Assembly (NCBI RefSeq): GCF_963921235.1
Contig: NC_086097.1
Span: 103,418,001 to 103,482,000, forward strand
Direction: 5' to 3'
From: Mobula hypostoma
Lineage: Eukaryota
Length of the DNA: 64,000 nucleotides
The translations under genes were made by a program, and so were the position numbers. The notes beneath the pieces were generated by a model. That model was not told the origin of the DNA. It saw only the letters and a list, made by a program, of their open reading frames with translations, and searched no databases. Shown piece after piece: positions 22,420 to 36,734 of this stretch. Positions within the stretch are counted from its first letter, which is position 1, and each line of letters begins with the position of its first letter.

Positions 22420-25400
22420 TTTTCCTCTTTTTTAAAAGAACAGTCTCATTTTGTGACATGTTTTCAACATTAGAACTCTTTAAAAAAAAAACACTGAATC
22501 TAATGGAGGTCAGGGTAGACTAGCTGAACACTCCGGCAAGGTGAGGGGTTTATTATGCCTCTTTAGTTACTTGCCCAAAGCTATTTGGCTACGGTGGGAC
22601 AGATAAACTACCTGATCTGGTCTAGGTTCCTGGAAGTGTTGGAGCAGATGGAAATTCTTTAACAGGTGTGTCCACCTCAGGTAAGTGGTCCTCATCATAA
22701 AGATCAGGCTACTCTACTGCTTCCTCTAACTTCCGTGAACTTTGAAGGCACACCTATTCCACCTGATTTCACCTTGTGATGCTCTGATCACAAACAATTG
22801 TGCATGCTGCCAGACTATTGTTCCTTCAGTGAATTGATCTGAAACCCAAACAGCTTCACCACTCCTAAGTGATGACAAAAATTTTGCTTTGTGCCTGAGA
22901 TTGTGCATGCTCTTTATTTTCTCACAGTGTGTTGCTCAGAATGTCTTACTTTTTCTAAGTGAGGTTGAAGAAGGGAAGGAAGGGCAGGCTTCTTCTCCAT
23001 GTTCAGCCCATCGACAACTCTGATCGGCTGTGGCCTTTTGCGAGAGGTGTAGAGCGATAAGCTAGTAGTGCTTTGTTGGGGTCTTTTTTGCTTTCAGTAG
23101 GAGATTTCACGGTTTGCACTGCTCTTCCCACTTCTTTATTTGTCTGTGGGTACTATGGACTGTTTGGTGTTTAAATTCATAGTCCCTAACGAAGGTTTTG
23201 AATTCTGAGCAGCTGAATCGTGGGCTGTGGATCCCTGTCTGACACAAGTGTCTCTGGTATTCCATGGCGAATGAATACAGCTTTCAGGCGCTGTATAACT
23301 GCTGCTGAGGATGTGGAGGACAGATTGGACACCTCAACATTCTGTGAGTAGTAATCCAGAGAAGATATTTGTCTCTTTTCAGCTCAAAAATATCTGTTCC
23401 TGCAATTTGCCATGGAAAGTCTGGGAATTCATGAGACAGAGAAGTTCCGCATGATATTTGTGCAGTTTTCTGTATGCTTCACATTGCTTTACATGATTTC
23501 CCAGCTGTGTGTTCCAACTAGGCCACCGCACAGATTGCCTTGCTCTTAGGCGACATTTTTCAATGACTTGATGTCCGTGGTGGATTTTTGCATGCATAGA
23601 AGCAGGAATGATGAGCCTGGTGCCCATTAGGAGCAAACTGTCAAGAATGGTGCGTGCGTCTCTTTCAAGCCAGTACGGTTTGAGTTTGTGAGCTCCTTTT
23701 GGAACAGCTGGCCATCTATGCTCACAGTATTGCACTACCTTACGGCAGATTTGGTCCCTTTTCAACTGTCTGTGAACTTTGTCCAGTCTATTCTGTGATG
23801 CAGGAAAGCTTTCATGCAGCTGAGTTAAGTTGATGATGGTATCTACTCTTCCATGAGGGAAAGTCAGCTCCTGTCCACTTGCATGGCATCTTCATTAGAA
23901 TATCTGGTTTTACCTGATTTGTTGGGGACATGTTCAGTGTCATAACAGTATCACATAAGCCTCATTCTGAATCTTTGCAGATGTGGAGGTAAGTAATCCA
24001 AGTATTTCATTCTGAGGCAGCTGACAAGTGGCTGTCAGTTTCAAGTAGGAATTTAGCGTCACACAGGCCCACGTGAAAGCCAGCCTCTTCTTTTTGATTT
24101 GGGCGTAATGCTGTTCAGTTGGAGTCAGCGCTCTTGATGCATATGCCACTGATTTCCATACACCACTGCAATCTTGATTGAGCACTTCCCCTAGGCCAAA
24201 GGAAGAGGTATCTGCTGAGACCTAACGCCAATGTTGGCAGACAGATGAGCTCTGCTTTAAGTAATGAGAATGACTTCTCCTGTGGTGTGTCCCAGGTTCA
24301 AACATTTCTCTGAGAGAGGTCATGTACTGGCTTTGTTTTCTCAGCCAAATCTGGAATGAACTTTCCTTGCTGGTTTACCATGCCAAGGAAACTATGGATC
24401 TCTAATACATTCGGAGGTTGTTCCATGTTCCGCACTTCTGCCAGTTGGTCTGAATCTGGTTGTACTCCCTCTGAGGACATTTGGTGGCCGAAAAACTTCA
24501 CCTCCAACTTTGCAAATTTGTGTTTCTTTTTGTTAAGGTGATTCAAGCCTGGTTCAGTTTCTCCAAGGCAGGTTCCACTCTTTTCATGTTCCTCACTTAA
24601 GCCTCTCAAGATGAGTATATTGTCCATGTGGCAGACTACACCTACAACTCTCTCCAAAGTTTGGTTCATCCTCATCTGAAAGAGTTCAGGGGCTGTTGAG
24701 ATGCAAAAAGGGGGCCTCTTGAAGACACAGCGTCCATATGTTGTGATAAAAGTTTTGAGCTTCAGTAACTTAGCAACTAAATGGATCTGCCAAAACCCTG
24801 AGTTTGCATCTAATTTGGTGAAGAACTTGGGGGATTGGTGTACACATTGCTGTGTTAAGAGTCGGATGTCACTCCTGGTCTTAGTTGGATAAGGTACTCT
24901 TCTTTCAGTGCCTCCAGGCTTGCGAACAACTCTGGGTACTTCTGCTACTGAACATTGTTTAGCGAATATAACCTTGCAATGAGGTTCAGCTTCTCGATGG
25001 CATGTCGTCCCAGTAGTGATGAGAAGAGATTCTGAGCAACATAGACATCCTCTTTTAACTGCTTATTTTTATGAATGGATATAGTAAATGTTCCTTTCAC
25101 ACAGAGTTATAATGTTTCCCTGCACCCTTGAGCACTTTCTTTGTTGGGTGTAGCATAATGCCTGTTTTTTTTTTACCAGTTTTGTTAATATGCATTTGGG
25201 GATGGTTGTGACATCTGCCTCAGTGTCCATTTTGAACACCACTGCCACATTTTGCAACTGAATTATAGTACACCAGCCTTGTCTATTTGAATCAAGGAAA
25301 GCTTTCTCTTCATCTGAATCATGGTTGTCTTTGACCTTCTGAGAACTGCTTTTGAGTAATACTGGCTTTTATAATGGCCATCTTGATTGCATTGGTGCCA

Positions 25401-26627
25401 TTTCACTTCTTTTGCTTAACACAGCTCTTTGAGGTGGAAACTTGCCACATCTCCTGGACTTGGACAGTTTACTTGCTGTTTGTTTCACTTGTCTGTTTTG
25501 TTTGACTTGAGGTCTACTGTCACCTCTTTCTGTAGACTTACTGATTGCACCTTGTTTGTACCCTATTTGTACAGCTTCTAGCTTTACCTCACCTAAGTTC
25601 TGCCTGTTGCTGATGAACATTCTCACTTTACCTGACTATAGTAATAGCTTTCTCTAGTGTGACACTTGCCTGCAGCTGAAGTCTCTTTGACAATTTGGTG
25701 TCTAGTAGCCCAACAACAATCTTGTCTCTAATGAGCTCATCTCTCAGATTTCCACATGCATAGTTGTCTGATGGGGCATACGATGCTGTGATTCAGCCAT
25801 TTACACTTTCATCTGGCTCTTGTTTTCTGGAGTTGAACTTTGCCCCCTCATATATCACCTTTAGCTTAGCTGTGAAATATTCTTTGAAATTGTACTTTTT
25901 CTCAGCATCTATCAGGTCTAATCCACCCATGATGTCATCTGCTTTGTCATCCATACAGTATATCAGTGTGCTTACTTGATGCTGTTCGGAAGCCTGAGTA
26001 GATTTCTTGCAACCCTAAATAATCTTGAAGTATGTGAGCTATCTCTCAAAGTCCCTTGGTTTAGAGAAATCAAATGTCTCGGTTGGGGGGGTGGAGGCTG
26101 TATTAGGCAAGTAGGTGTTCCTGTTTGTTTATTTATTCGGACTACAAAAGTCTTCTTTTCTCTCCCTGACTTCATTGCTGTGACTGTTTCTCTGTGCACT
26201 TCTCGAGCTAGTGGCCAACAGAGTATTACAATGTATTCACTTTTGGGTGCATGTTGAAGGTGTTGCCTAGCCACCCTGGTCCTTTCTCAGCTCATATCAC
26301 ATAGTGCACACAGCAAACTAGCATAGGCAGTTCAGGTTGTTTAATCTTTGGATTTTTTTATAGATATATGCCAACAAGAACAGTCTTACTGTAAGTTCTT
26401 TGTTGGGGATGGCACTTGGTGTGCAGCACCAATTCATCAATGATTAACTATTTCTGTCACCATGTTGTGTTTGTTATAGAGGGATAGTGCAGAGCACACC
26501 AGAATACCTGCATGCAGGATACTCAACTGAACTTTATTGATAACCCTGGTTGTACAGTATGTGAACTCCTCCCATGTGGGAGCGGCTAACTGAGTGATAT
26601 AGAATAACACTATTAACTACCACTACT
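22420..26627 (-). mobile_element. Degenerate Gypsy LTR retrotransposon (gag-pro-RT-RH-INT; probable 5' LTR about 26463-26627; 3' LTR not found)
   Basis: FKMDTEADVT (protease), VCHMDNILI and FLGMVNQ (RT), VAYASRALTPTEQHYAQI (RNase H), HHGHQVIEKC (integrase zinc finger); PBS-like TGGTGACAGAAA at 26451-26462 on the minus strand. Confidence 0.85.
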
Positions 26628-26629
26628 CT

Positions 26630-27070
26630 CTTGTTGGACTATGTCCATGTTGATTTAAGGAACCCTCCTGGATGCACCTAACAAGTTCTGTCCCATCTAA
26701 ACCACTTGCACTAAGAAGATCCCAGTTTATATTAGGGAAGTTGAAGTCCCCAAGTCCCCTATTGTTTTTGCACCTTTCTTTAATATTTCTTAATGTCCCG
26801 GTGTCTATAAGGGGGTCTGTTGTATAATGCCATCAGAGTGATTGCACCCTTCTTATTTCTGAGTTCTACCCATATAGACTCATTATTGTTCCCTCTGAGT
26901 GCAGATGTGATATTGTCCCTGATTTGTAGTGCAACCCCCCCATCTCCTCTTTTACCTCCCTCTCTATCTTTTCTAAAACGTCAGATCCTTGGGACATTAA
27001 TCACCCATTCCTGTCTTTCTCTCAACCAATCCTCTGTAATGGTCACAGTAACACACTTCCATGCACATTT
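26630..27070 (-). mobile_element. CR1 endonuclease fragment
   Basis: GGVAL- and GDFNFP-type motifs on the minus strand. Confidence 0.7.
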
Positions 27071-27079
27071 GTTAACTTG

Positions 27080-28210
27080 CTTCACATGAGGCTGCTTAAC
27101 AAGAGCAAATCATATGGTGTTACAAGAAATATACTGGCACAGATAGAAGAATGGCTGGCAGGTGGGGGCTGTGGGTGGGAATAAAGGGGGGAGGCCTTTT
27201 CTGGTTGGCTGCCAGTGACTAGTGGTGTTCCTCAGGGGTCAATATTGGGACCGCTACTTTTCACATTTTGTCAGTGATTTAGATAATGGAATTAGTGGCT
27301 TTGTGGCAAAGGTTGTCAATGATTCGATGATAGGCAGAAGGGTAGGGAGTGCTGTGGAAGCAAGGTGATTGCTGCAGGACTTAGACGAGTTGGAAGAATG
27401 GACAAAAATTGGCAAATGGAATACAGTGTTGAGGAATGTATGATAATGCATTTTGGTAAAATGACTATTATCTAAATGGGGAGAACATTTAAAAAATCAG
27501 AGATGTGAAGGGACTTGGGAGTCCTCATGCAAGATTCCCAGAAGGTTAATTCACAGGTTGAGTCTGTGGTAAAGAAGGCAAATGCAATGTTGGCATTTAT
27601 TTCAAGGGGAATAGAATTTAAAAACAAGGAGATAATGCTGAAGCTTTTAGATACTAGTCAGGTCGTACTTGGAATATTGTCAACAGTTTTGGGCCCCTTA
27701 TCTCAGGATGTATTGTCATCGGAGAGAATCCAGAGGAGGTTCACGAGGTTGATTCTGGGAATGAAGGGGTTAACATATGAGGAGCGTTTGGCAGTTTTGG
27801 GCCTGTACCCACTGGAATTTAGAACAATGCGGATGGATCTCATTGAAACCTACTGAATATTGAAAGGGCCAGATAGGGTGGATGTGTAGAGGATGTTCCC
27901 TCTGGTGGGGGTATCCAGAACTAGAGCGCATAGCCTCAAAATTGAGGGACGACCTTCAGAACAGAAGTAAGGAGGAACTTTTTCAGTCGAAAGAGTGATG
28001 AATCTGTGAAATGCTGGGCCACAGACTGCGGTGGAGGCCAAGTCTGTGGGTATATTTAAAGCAGAGTTGATAGATTCCTGATTGGTTGGTACATCAAGGG
28101 ATATGGTGAGAAGGCAGGTGTATGGGGTTGAGTGGGATCAGGGATCAGCCATGATGAAGTGCTGGTGTGGACACGATGGGCTGAATGGCCTAATTCTGCT
28201 CCTATGTCTT
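27080..28210 (+). mobile_element. CR1 RT to 3' end
   Basis: VVKKANAMLAFISRGIEFK...ERIQRRFTRLI. Confidence 0.85.
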
Positions 28211-28561
28211 GGTCTTGTACAGAGCAGTGTGGCAGCTTACCTGCCCATGATTGCAAGGAACTGCAGAGTTGTACACATAGCTCAGCACATCATGGAGACT
28301 GGGCTCCCCTCTATCTATACCTCAGTAAAGCAGACATTCACTCTTCTCCCTCCTTCCATTTTACAGGAGATGTAAAAGCCTGAGAGCATGTGCCACCAGG
28401 CTTAAGGGTAGTGTCCATCCTGCTGTTAATACGACTATTGAAGGGTCCTCGTGTTTGATAAGATGGACTGTTGCCCTCATAATCGTCATCATTATGGCCT
28501 TGCATCTTATTGTCTGTTTGCAATGTAGTTTCTCTGTAATTGTTACTCTTTATTTTATGTT

Positions 28562-29110
28562 TTAGAAACATAGAAAACCTACAGCACAATACAGGCCCTT
28601 TGGCCCACAAAGCTGTGCCGAATGTGTCCTTACCTTAGAAATTACCTAGGATTACCCATAGCCCTCTGTTTTTCTGACCTCTATATACCTGTCCAGGAGT
28701 CTCTTAAAAGTCCCTATCATATCCATTTCCACCACTGTCACCAGCAGCCTATTCCACACACTCACCACTCTGCGTAAAAAAAAAAAACCCTGACATCTCC
28801 TCTGTACCTACTTAGAAGTACCTTAAAACTGTGCCCTCTCGTGCTAGCCATTTCTGCCCTGGGAAAAATCCTCTGACTATCCACACGATCAATGCCTCTC
28901 ATCATTTTATACACCTCTATCAGGTCACCTCTCATCCTCCATTGCTCCAAGGAGAAAGGGCCAAGTTCACTCAACCTATTCTGATAGGGCATGCTCCCCA
29001 ATCCAGGCAACATCCTTGTAAATCTCCTCTGCACCCATCCTTCCTATACTGAGGCGACCAGAACTGAGCACAGTACTCCAAGTGGCGTCTGACCTGTGTC
29101 CTATATAGCT
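28562..29110 (-). mobile_element. CR1 3' fragment inserted in a Rex1 3' UTR (about 28215-29230, +)
   Basis: [27 protein letters not shown]; tail at 28562. Confidence 0.8.
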
Positions 29111-30795
29111 GTTTTGTTATTGTGTTTCTGTCTACTAGCTCATTGCAGTTTTGTAATGAAACCATCTGTATGGATAGCATCCAAAACAAAACTTTACAGT
29201 GTATTTCAGTGCTTGTGGTAATAATCCAATTGCCAAGTTAACCTGGAATGATCAGCACAAGTCTCTCCATGAGTGAAGTGATGGGAATTGCAAGGCGAAA
29301 GGTGGTGCAGTGTATGAGCTGCATTGTTTAAATGGAGGAACATTGGGAAAGGTGAACAAGGGGAGACTGAGATGTTTGAAGATAGGGAAAAGGAGAAAAT
29401 ATCATAATGGAAACATTAGGTGGGTAATAGCAAACAAGAATTTTTGTGAATAGTGAGGTGAGATGCACAGAGGTGTAGGGTGCAGACCAAGATGAGGGTT
29501 GGTGATGAGCATAGTCATCTGGGCAGCACAGTGGTTTTGGTTTCATTTCCCATCGCTTATCAGCCTGGTTTCTGTCAAGAACCACATCAACCATCTGAAC
29601 TCGTAGGGCAATGACCCTCTTAGGTAACACAATGTTGAAGAAAATCCCAAGAGTGGTAATGAGAGCAGATGCTGTGGCAAAGTTCACACGATAGGCCAAG
29701 ATTGAATTACTTAGAGAAGGAGGAGCGTGGTGTGTGGGTGAGAGCACCCAAGTTCTGTGAGTTTTGCTGCTGGTGTGGAAAGTGTGAAGGCCAGCAGAGG
29801 AATAGGGTAAAGCTCCAGCTTATCTCAGGTTTACTTTACCAAGTTACTGTTGAATGTGTTTTCACCTTTTCAGGTAATGTATCTGAATCTGGACAGTGCA
29901 TTAAAAATCTCATCTTAGAACACCAGCAGATTCCCTTCGTGGTTGTAAAGTTAGAGAGAATTTGCTATAAGGCAGGGTTGTTGTTTTCTCTGTGCTTTGG
30001 AAGTGGACGGGAATCCTGATAAAAGTTTATCAAAGTGAGAGGAATATATAGGATGCTTAGTCAGAATCTTTTTCCAAGGGTGAAAATGTCAAATACTAAA
30101 GGGAGTATTTGACATTCAGTAAAGGGAGTACTAAATTTAAGTGAGAGGGAGAAGGTTTGCGAGATGAGCTTTTGTACACAGAGTGGTGGCTGCCTGGTAC
30201 GTGCTGCCAATGAAGATGGTGAAGAGTATTAGGCAGGGAGTGGGCGTGTGTAGACTATTGCAAGGAAATGGGATTAACTTAATTCAGCATCACGATTGAC
30301 ACAGACATGATGAGCTGAAGGGTTTGTTCCTGTGCCGTACTGTTCAATATTGTTTTGTAATGTTTTCAGACGGCAGATTCATTTTGAACACTATGTTCCT
30401 ATTAGTAAGGGATGAGGTAGACTGGACACCTGTCAGCTTGGTTAATATAACAGGGTTACAGTGGGGGAATTCTCCTACATCAAAGCCTGTTTGGTTTTAT
30501 TTTTGCTTGTGTCTTTACCAGGCCATCTTTTTCATAATCACCTTCAGGTATTATTTTCTTTCACTGTTCCGTCCACCTCCAGTTGGGTTAGCAGGCTGTC
30601 AATTCTTTACTCAAGTCTGATGCCCACTATCTCCTCCTTGAGATTGTCCTCGTCCATCCCTCTCAATATTGCTTGGAAGCCCATCCCCATCAGATTTGTC
30701 CTCCACACCTCCTCGTTTCACACCCATCCTTGTTTGCCAGCCCTCCTTGAAGCCTCATTACAACATACCTGACAGTATTACTGCTCTCTCCACAG

Positions 30796-30874
30796 GTGCT
30801 GACAACGGCAGAAGATATTGCAACCCGCCTTGCAACAGAAAAGGCCTGTACATGGCTCTCCGCTAACACTGCAG
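30796..30874 (+). CDS. CDAN1: Codanin-1 exon
   Basis: ccacag|GTG...GCAG|gtacca; 79 bp, phase 0/1; VLTTAEDIATRLATEKACTWLSANTA vs human [26 protein letters not shown]. Confidence 0.96.
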
Positions 30875-31393
30875 GTACCAAGGAGCACAACTGATCTTTT
30901 CCAAGGGAGTGGTACAGTTTAGGAATAATACAAATCTTTCACCACTGGCCTTCCCCCTCCCCATCAAATTTAATGCTTTGAAGTAAAATTGAAGAGATTG
31001 GGGTTGTGTGAGTAGATCCCCAGGCTCAGGGTAACTGTAAGCTGTGGTTTACAATTTTCCCCTGCTCATTCTAATGTGAGTGACAAACTACACAATAATG
31101 CAGTTAGCATGAGCACCTCAAAATAAGATATTGACAAAGTTTAATATTGTTAATTATATTATCACACATCAACTAATTAATGACAATGCTACTAATTATT
31201 AACAAAGGAAAATAAAGAAGCAAATATGTTGGGAAAAATGCCCTAAGCTCCCCTGAGTATTCAGCAGCAATTACACAGTGAATCCCAAATGTAGTTTGTT
31301 TCTGTATTGTGCTGTGTTGCTTAAAATTTGGTTTCATTTGGCACTGCTATGTGGTTTGTTCTCTATATCAGATTTTTTCTGTTTTACCATCAG

Positions 31394-31542
31394 CTTTAAT
31401 TAAAAAAGAAATGGCATTCAGCTTTGAAAGACTCAAGAAATCTCGGACAACACAGTCGACAAATGCAACTGAATCCACCAGTTGTCTCCCAGACTGTAAA
31501 CACAATGCACCGTCTCCTTCTCAGATAGCCAGTGAGTTTAAG
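31394..31542 (+). CDS. CDAN1: Codanin-1 exon
   Basis: catcag|CTT...TAAG|gtatgt; 149 bp, phase 1/0; (A)LIKKEMAFSFERLKK...CLPDCKHNAPSPSQIASEFK vs human ALIRREVK...[20 protein letters not shown]. Confidence 0.94.
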
Positions 31543-31757
31543 GTATGTTACATTTGGCTAAATGTGGTAGAATGGAAAGTTGCTCTTTCAAAAGATAATC
31601 TTTAAAAAGATATAACAAGAACATCTCCATGTTCTTATCTGCAGGAGCCTAATAAATTGTATGTGTCACGTGGAATTCTTGCTTCTTATAAAACATATAT
31701 TCATCTTACTAAAATTTAATTTTCCTGGTTCAAGTTTATTGTCAGAGAAATATACAA

Positions 31758-34700
31758 AAAGCTACAGCACAATACAAGCCCTTCGGCCCACAATGCTGTG
31801 CCGAACATGTACTTACTTTAGAAATTACCCATAGGGTTATCCATAGCCCTCTATTTTTCTAAGCTCCATGTACCTATCCAGGAGTCTTTTAAAAGACCCT
31901 ATGGTATCCGCCTCCACTGTCGCCGGCAGCCCATTCCATGCCTTCACCACTCTATGCGTAAAAAAACTTAACCCCTGACGTTCCCTCTGTACCTACTTCC
32001 AAACACCTTAAAACTGTGCCCTCTCCTGTTAGCCATTTCAGCGCTGGGAAAAAGCCTCTGACTATCCACACGATCAATGCCTCTCATCGTCTTATACAGG
32101 GGTCCCCAACCTTTTGCGCACTGCGGACTGGTTTAATATTGACAATATTCTTGCGGACCGGCCGACCGGAGGGGGGTGGGGGGAGTAGAGTTGCCAACAG
32201 ACAAGAGTAGCAGTCAAATACGTTGAGTTTGCCCCGAGAAAGACTACAGTGACCATGAAGCCTTGCACGGGCACCAGAGTGGGAGCCCTGGGCCTGTTTC
32301 CCTGCAACACGACAGTCCTATCGAGGGGTGATGGGAGACAGCGATTCTTGAAGGGGGTTCCTTATGCCCAGTCTATTCCACAATTTAGTTTTCGTTGCAT
32401 TCAATGCAGAAAACTCCGCTTCGCAGAAAAATGTTGGAAATGAAAGCAATGTTTTCAGTGCTTTCATGGCTATCTCAGGATATTTAGCTTTGACTTTGAT
32501 CCAGAATGCCGGCAGAGATGTTATGTCAAACATACTTCTCAGCCGGCCGTCATTTGCAAGCTCGAGGAGTTGATCTCTTTCCCGCGCTGACATGGATGAC
32601 GCATGCATAATGACCTCGCGTGCGTTCAAGCTCAATAGTGCATGACAGGGAATGAGGAAAGGTGCAGCTGAGTCATATCATCAAATCATATCGTTTCTTC
32701 GCGGCCCGATAGCGCATGCTTTGCGGCCCGGTGGTTGGGGGCCGCTGGTCTTATACACCCCTATCAGGTCACCTCTCATCCTCTGTCGCTCCAAGGAGAA
32801 AAGGCCAAGTTCACTCAACCTATTCTCATGAGGTATGCTCCCTAATCCAGGCAACATCCTTGTAAATCTCCTCTGAACCCTTTCTATAGTTTCCACATCC
32901 TTCCTGTAGTGAGGTGACCAGAACTGAGCACAGTACTCCAAGTGGGATCTGACCAGGGTCCTCTCGGCTCTTGAACTCAGTCCCACGGTTGATGAAGGCC
33001 AATGCACCGTATGCCGCCTTAACCACACAGTCAACCTGCGCAGCAGCTCTGAGTGTCCTGTGGATGCAGACTCCCAACATCTCTCTGATCCTCCACACTG
33101 CCAAGAATCTTATCATTAATAGTATATTCTGCCATCATATTTGACCTACCAAAATGAACCACCTCACACTTATCTAGGTTGAACTCCATCTGCCACTTCT
33201 CAGCCCAGTTTTGCATCCTATCAATGTCCCACTGTAACCTCTGACAACCCTCCACACTATCCACAACACCCCTAACCTTTGTGTCATCAGCAAATTTCCT
33301 AACCCATCCCTCCACTTCCTCATCCAGGTCATTTATAAAAATCACAAAGAGAAGGCATTATAGAACAGATTCCTGAGGCACACAACTGGTCACAATCATC
33401 CATGCAGAATATGACCTGTCTACGACCACTCTTTGTCTTCTATTGGTAAGCCAATTCTGGATCCACAAAGCAAGGTCCCCATGGATTCAATGCCTCCTTA
33501 CTTTCTCAATAAGCCTTAAATGGGGGTACCTTAACAAATGCCTTGCTGAAATCCATATACACTACATCTACTGCTCTACCTTCATCAATGTGTTTAGTCA
33601 CATCCTCAAAAAATTCAATCAGGCTCGTAAAACACGACCTGCCTTTGACAAAGTCATGCTGACTATTCCTAATCATTATTATACCTCTCCAAATGTTCAT
33701 AAATCCTGCCTCTCAGGATCTTCTCCATCAAATTACCCACCACTGAAGTAAGACTCACTGGTCTATAATTTCCTGGGCTATCTCTGCTCCCTTTCTTGAA
33801 TAAGGGAACAACATCTGCAACCCTCCAATCCTCTGGAACCTCTCCCGTCCCCAGTGATGAGGCAAGGATCATCGCTAGAGGCTCAGCAATCTCCTCCCTT
33901 GCCTCCCACAGTAGCCTGGGGTACACCTCGTCCGGTCCCGGTGACTTATCCAAGTTGATGCTTTCCAAAAGCTCCAGCACATCCTCTTTCTTAATGTCTA
34001 CATGCTCAAGCTTTTCAGTCTGCTGTAAGTCATCCCTACAATCGCCAAGATCATTTTCCGTAGTGAATACTGAAGCAAAGTGCTGAGTAAGTACTTCTGC
34101 CGTCTCCTCCAGTTCCATACACACTTTTCCACTGTCACACTTGATTGGTCCTATTCTCTCATGTCTTGTCCTCTTGCTCTTAACATACTTGTAGAATGCC
34201 TTGGGGTTTTCCTTAATCCTGTCCGCCAAGGCCTTCTCATGGCCCCTTCTGGCTCTCCTAATTTCTTTTTTGAGCTCCTTCCTGCTAGCCTTATAATCAT
34301 CTAGCTCTCTATCATTACCTAGCTTTTTGAACCTTTCATAAGCTCGTCTTTTCTTCTTGACTATATTTACAACAGCCTTTGTACATCACGGTTCCTGTAC
34401 CCTACCATCCTTTCCCTGTCTCATTGAAACATACCTATGCAGAACTCCACACAAATATCCCCTGAACATTTGCCACACTTCTTCCACACATTTCCCTGAG
34501 AACATCTGTTCCCAATTTAAGCTTCCTTAGTTCCTGCCTGATAGCCTCATATTTCCCCTTACTCTAATTAAACGTTTCCTAACTTGTCTGTTCCTATTCC
34601 TCTCCAATGCTATGGTAAAGGAGGTAGAATTGTGATCACCATCTCCAAAATCCTCTCCCACTGAGAGATCTGACAGCTGACCAGGTTCATTTCCCAATAC

Positions 34701-36450
34701 CAAATCAAGTACAGCCTCTCCTCTTGTAGGCTTACCTACATATTGTGTGAAGAAGCCTCCTTGAACACACTTAACAATCTCCACCCCATCTAAACCCCTC
34801 ACTCTAGGGATGTGCCAATCGATATTTGGGAAATTAAAATCTCCCACCACAGCAACCCTGTTATTATTATATCTTTCCAGAATCTGTCTCCCTATCTGCT
34901 CCTTGATGTCCCTGTTGCTATTGGGTGGTCTATAAAAAACACCCAGTAGAGCTATTGACTCCTTCCTGTTACTAACTTCCACCCACAGAGACTCCATAGA
35001 CAATCCCTCCATGTCTTTCTCCTTTTCTACGGCCATGACACTCTCTCTGATCAAGTGCCATGCCCCCACCTCTTTTGCCTCCCTCTCTGTCCTTTCTGAA
35101 ACACCTAAAACCTGGCAGTTGAAGTAACCATTCTTGTCCCTGAGCCATCCCAGTCTCTGTAATGGCCGCTCCAAGTACTGATCCATGCTCTAAATTCATC
35201 CGCTATGTTCATAATACTCCTTGCATTAAAATAGACACATCTCAAACCATTGGTCTGAGTGTATCCCTTCTCCATGACATGCCTGTCCTCCTCCTCATCC
35301 TGTTTACAAGCTTTCTCTATTTGTGAACCAACCGCCCCTTCCTCCGTCTCTTCAGTTTGGTTCCCCCCCTCCCCCCCAGCAATTCTAGTTTAAACTCTCC
35401 CCAGTAGCCTTAGCGAATATCCTTGCCAGGATATTGGTACCACTCAGATTCAAGTGCAACCCGTCCTTTTTGTACAGGTCACGCCTGCCCCAAAAGTGTT
35501 CCCAATGATCCAGAAATCTGAATCCCTGCCCCCCTGCTCCAATCCATCAGCCACGCATTTATCCTCCACCTCACTCTATTCCTATACTCACTGTTGCGTG
35601 GCACAGGCAGTAATCCCGAGATTACTACTTTCGAGGTCCTGCTTCTCAACTTCCTTCCTAAATCTCTGTAGTCTGCTTTCAGGACCTCCTCCCTTTTCCT
35701 ACCTATGTCTTTGGTACCAATATGTACCATGACCTCTGGCTGTTCACCCTCCCATTTCAGGATATTGTGGATGTGATCAGAAACGTCCCAGATCCCGGCA
35801 CCTGGGAGGCAAATTACCATCCGTGTTTCTTTCCTGCGTCCACAGAATCGCCTGAGTGCCCCCTTAATTATAGAGTCCCCTATCACTGCTGCCATCCTCT
35901 TCCTTTCTTCCCTTCTGAGCCACAGGGCCAGACTCTATGCCGGAGGCGTGACCACTGTTGCTTCTCCTAGGTAGGCCATTCCCCCCTCCAACAGTACTCA
36001 AACAGAAGTACTTATTGTTAAGGGGACAGCCACAGGGATGCTCTCTTTTATCTGACTCTTGCCCTTCCCTCTCCTGATTGTTACCCACTTATCTGTCTCC
36101 CGAGGCCCCAGTGTGACTACTTGCCTATAGCTCCTCTATCACCTCCTCATTTTCCATGACCAGACGAAGGTCATTGAGCTGCATCTCCAGTTCTTTAACC
36201 TGGTCCCTAAGGAGCTGCAGCTTGACGTACCTGGCCCAGATGTGGCTGTCCCGGAGGCTGGGAATCTCCCGGACATCCCACATCTGACACCCAGTGCAGA
36301 ACACCGGACTCACAGACATACTTCGTATTCCTATTCTTCACAAATAATTTGCCTCACCTCGTCCCATTAGTGCCTAAGCCCTGTTGAGCCAAAGCCCTTC
36401 TACTCCGACTCCCTCTACTCCATCGCCTGCTTCTCTGGCACCCGCTCCAT
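31758..36450 (-). mobile_element. Near full-length disrupted CR1 LINE (ORF1 with zinc finger and SGNH esterase; ORF2 EN-RT)
   Basis: ORF1 FCTGCQMW, VIGDSIIKG, HIGTKDI, VISGLLPV; ORF2 YRPPN, GDFNFP, DFSKAF, KFADDTK. Confidence 0.92.
32097..32747 (-). mobile_element. Non-autonomous hAT-Charlie element inserted in CR1
   Basis: Perfect 8-bp TSD GTCTTATA; 15-bp TIRs CAGGGGTCCCCAACC / CAGCGGCCCCCAACC; hAT dimerisation-domain remnant FWIKVKAKYPEIAMKALK...CEAEFS...KTKLWNRL. Confidence 0.93.
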
Positions 36451-36734
36451 AAAGCTGTCATGTACATATATAACCAAGGTATAAATGCTATGAGGATTAG
36501 CTTTTAGAAGCAGCACAGTATGTTGCATACATCAGTTAACAAATTAATGTAACCTATACATAACTCAGACAGCAAAGTAAGCATAATGACAGAGTGAGAG
36601 GAAGAAAGAAGAAAATATAATCCGAGGTAGTGTTTGAAGTTTTAAGGTTGGTTTAAGAACCTGATGGTAGTGGGGAAAAAGCTGATGAATCTTGAGGTGT
36701 GGGTCTTCAGGTTCTGAGAAGAGGGCATAGCCCA

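Noticed and set aside
22345..22520. 3' LTR of the Gypsy element
   Set aside because: No similarity to 26463-26627; only a possible polypurine tract near 22420-22435 remains.
31309..31605. 98-aa standalone ORF (likewise 41398-41655)
   Set aside because: Only the spliced CDAN1 exon portion is coding; the rest is intron.
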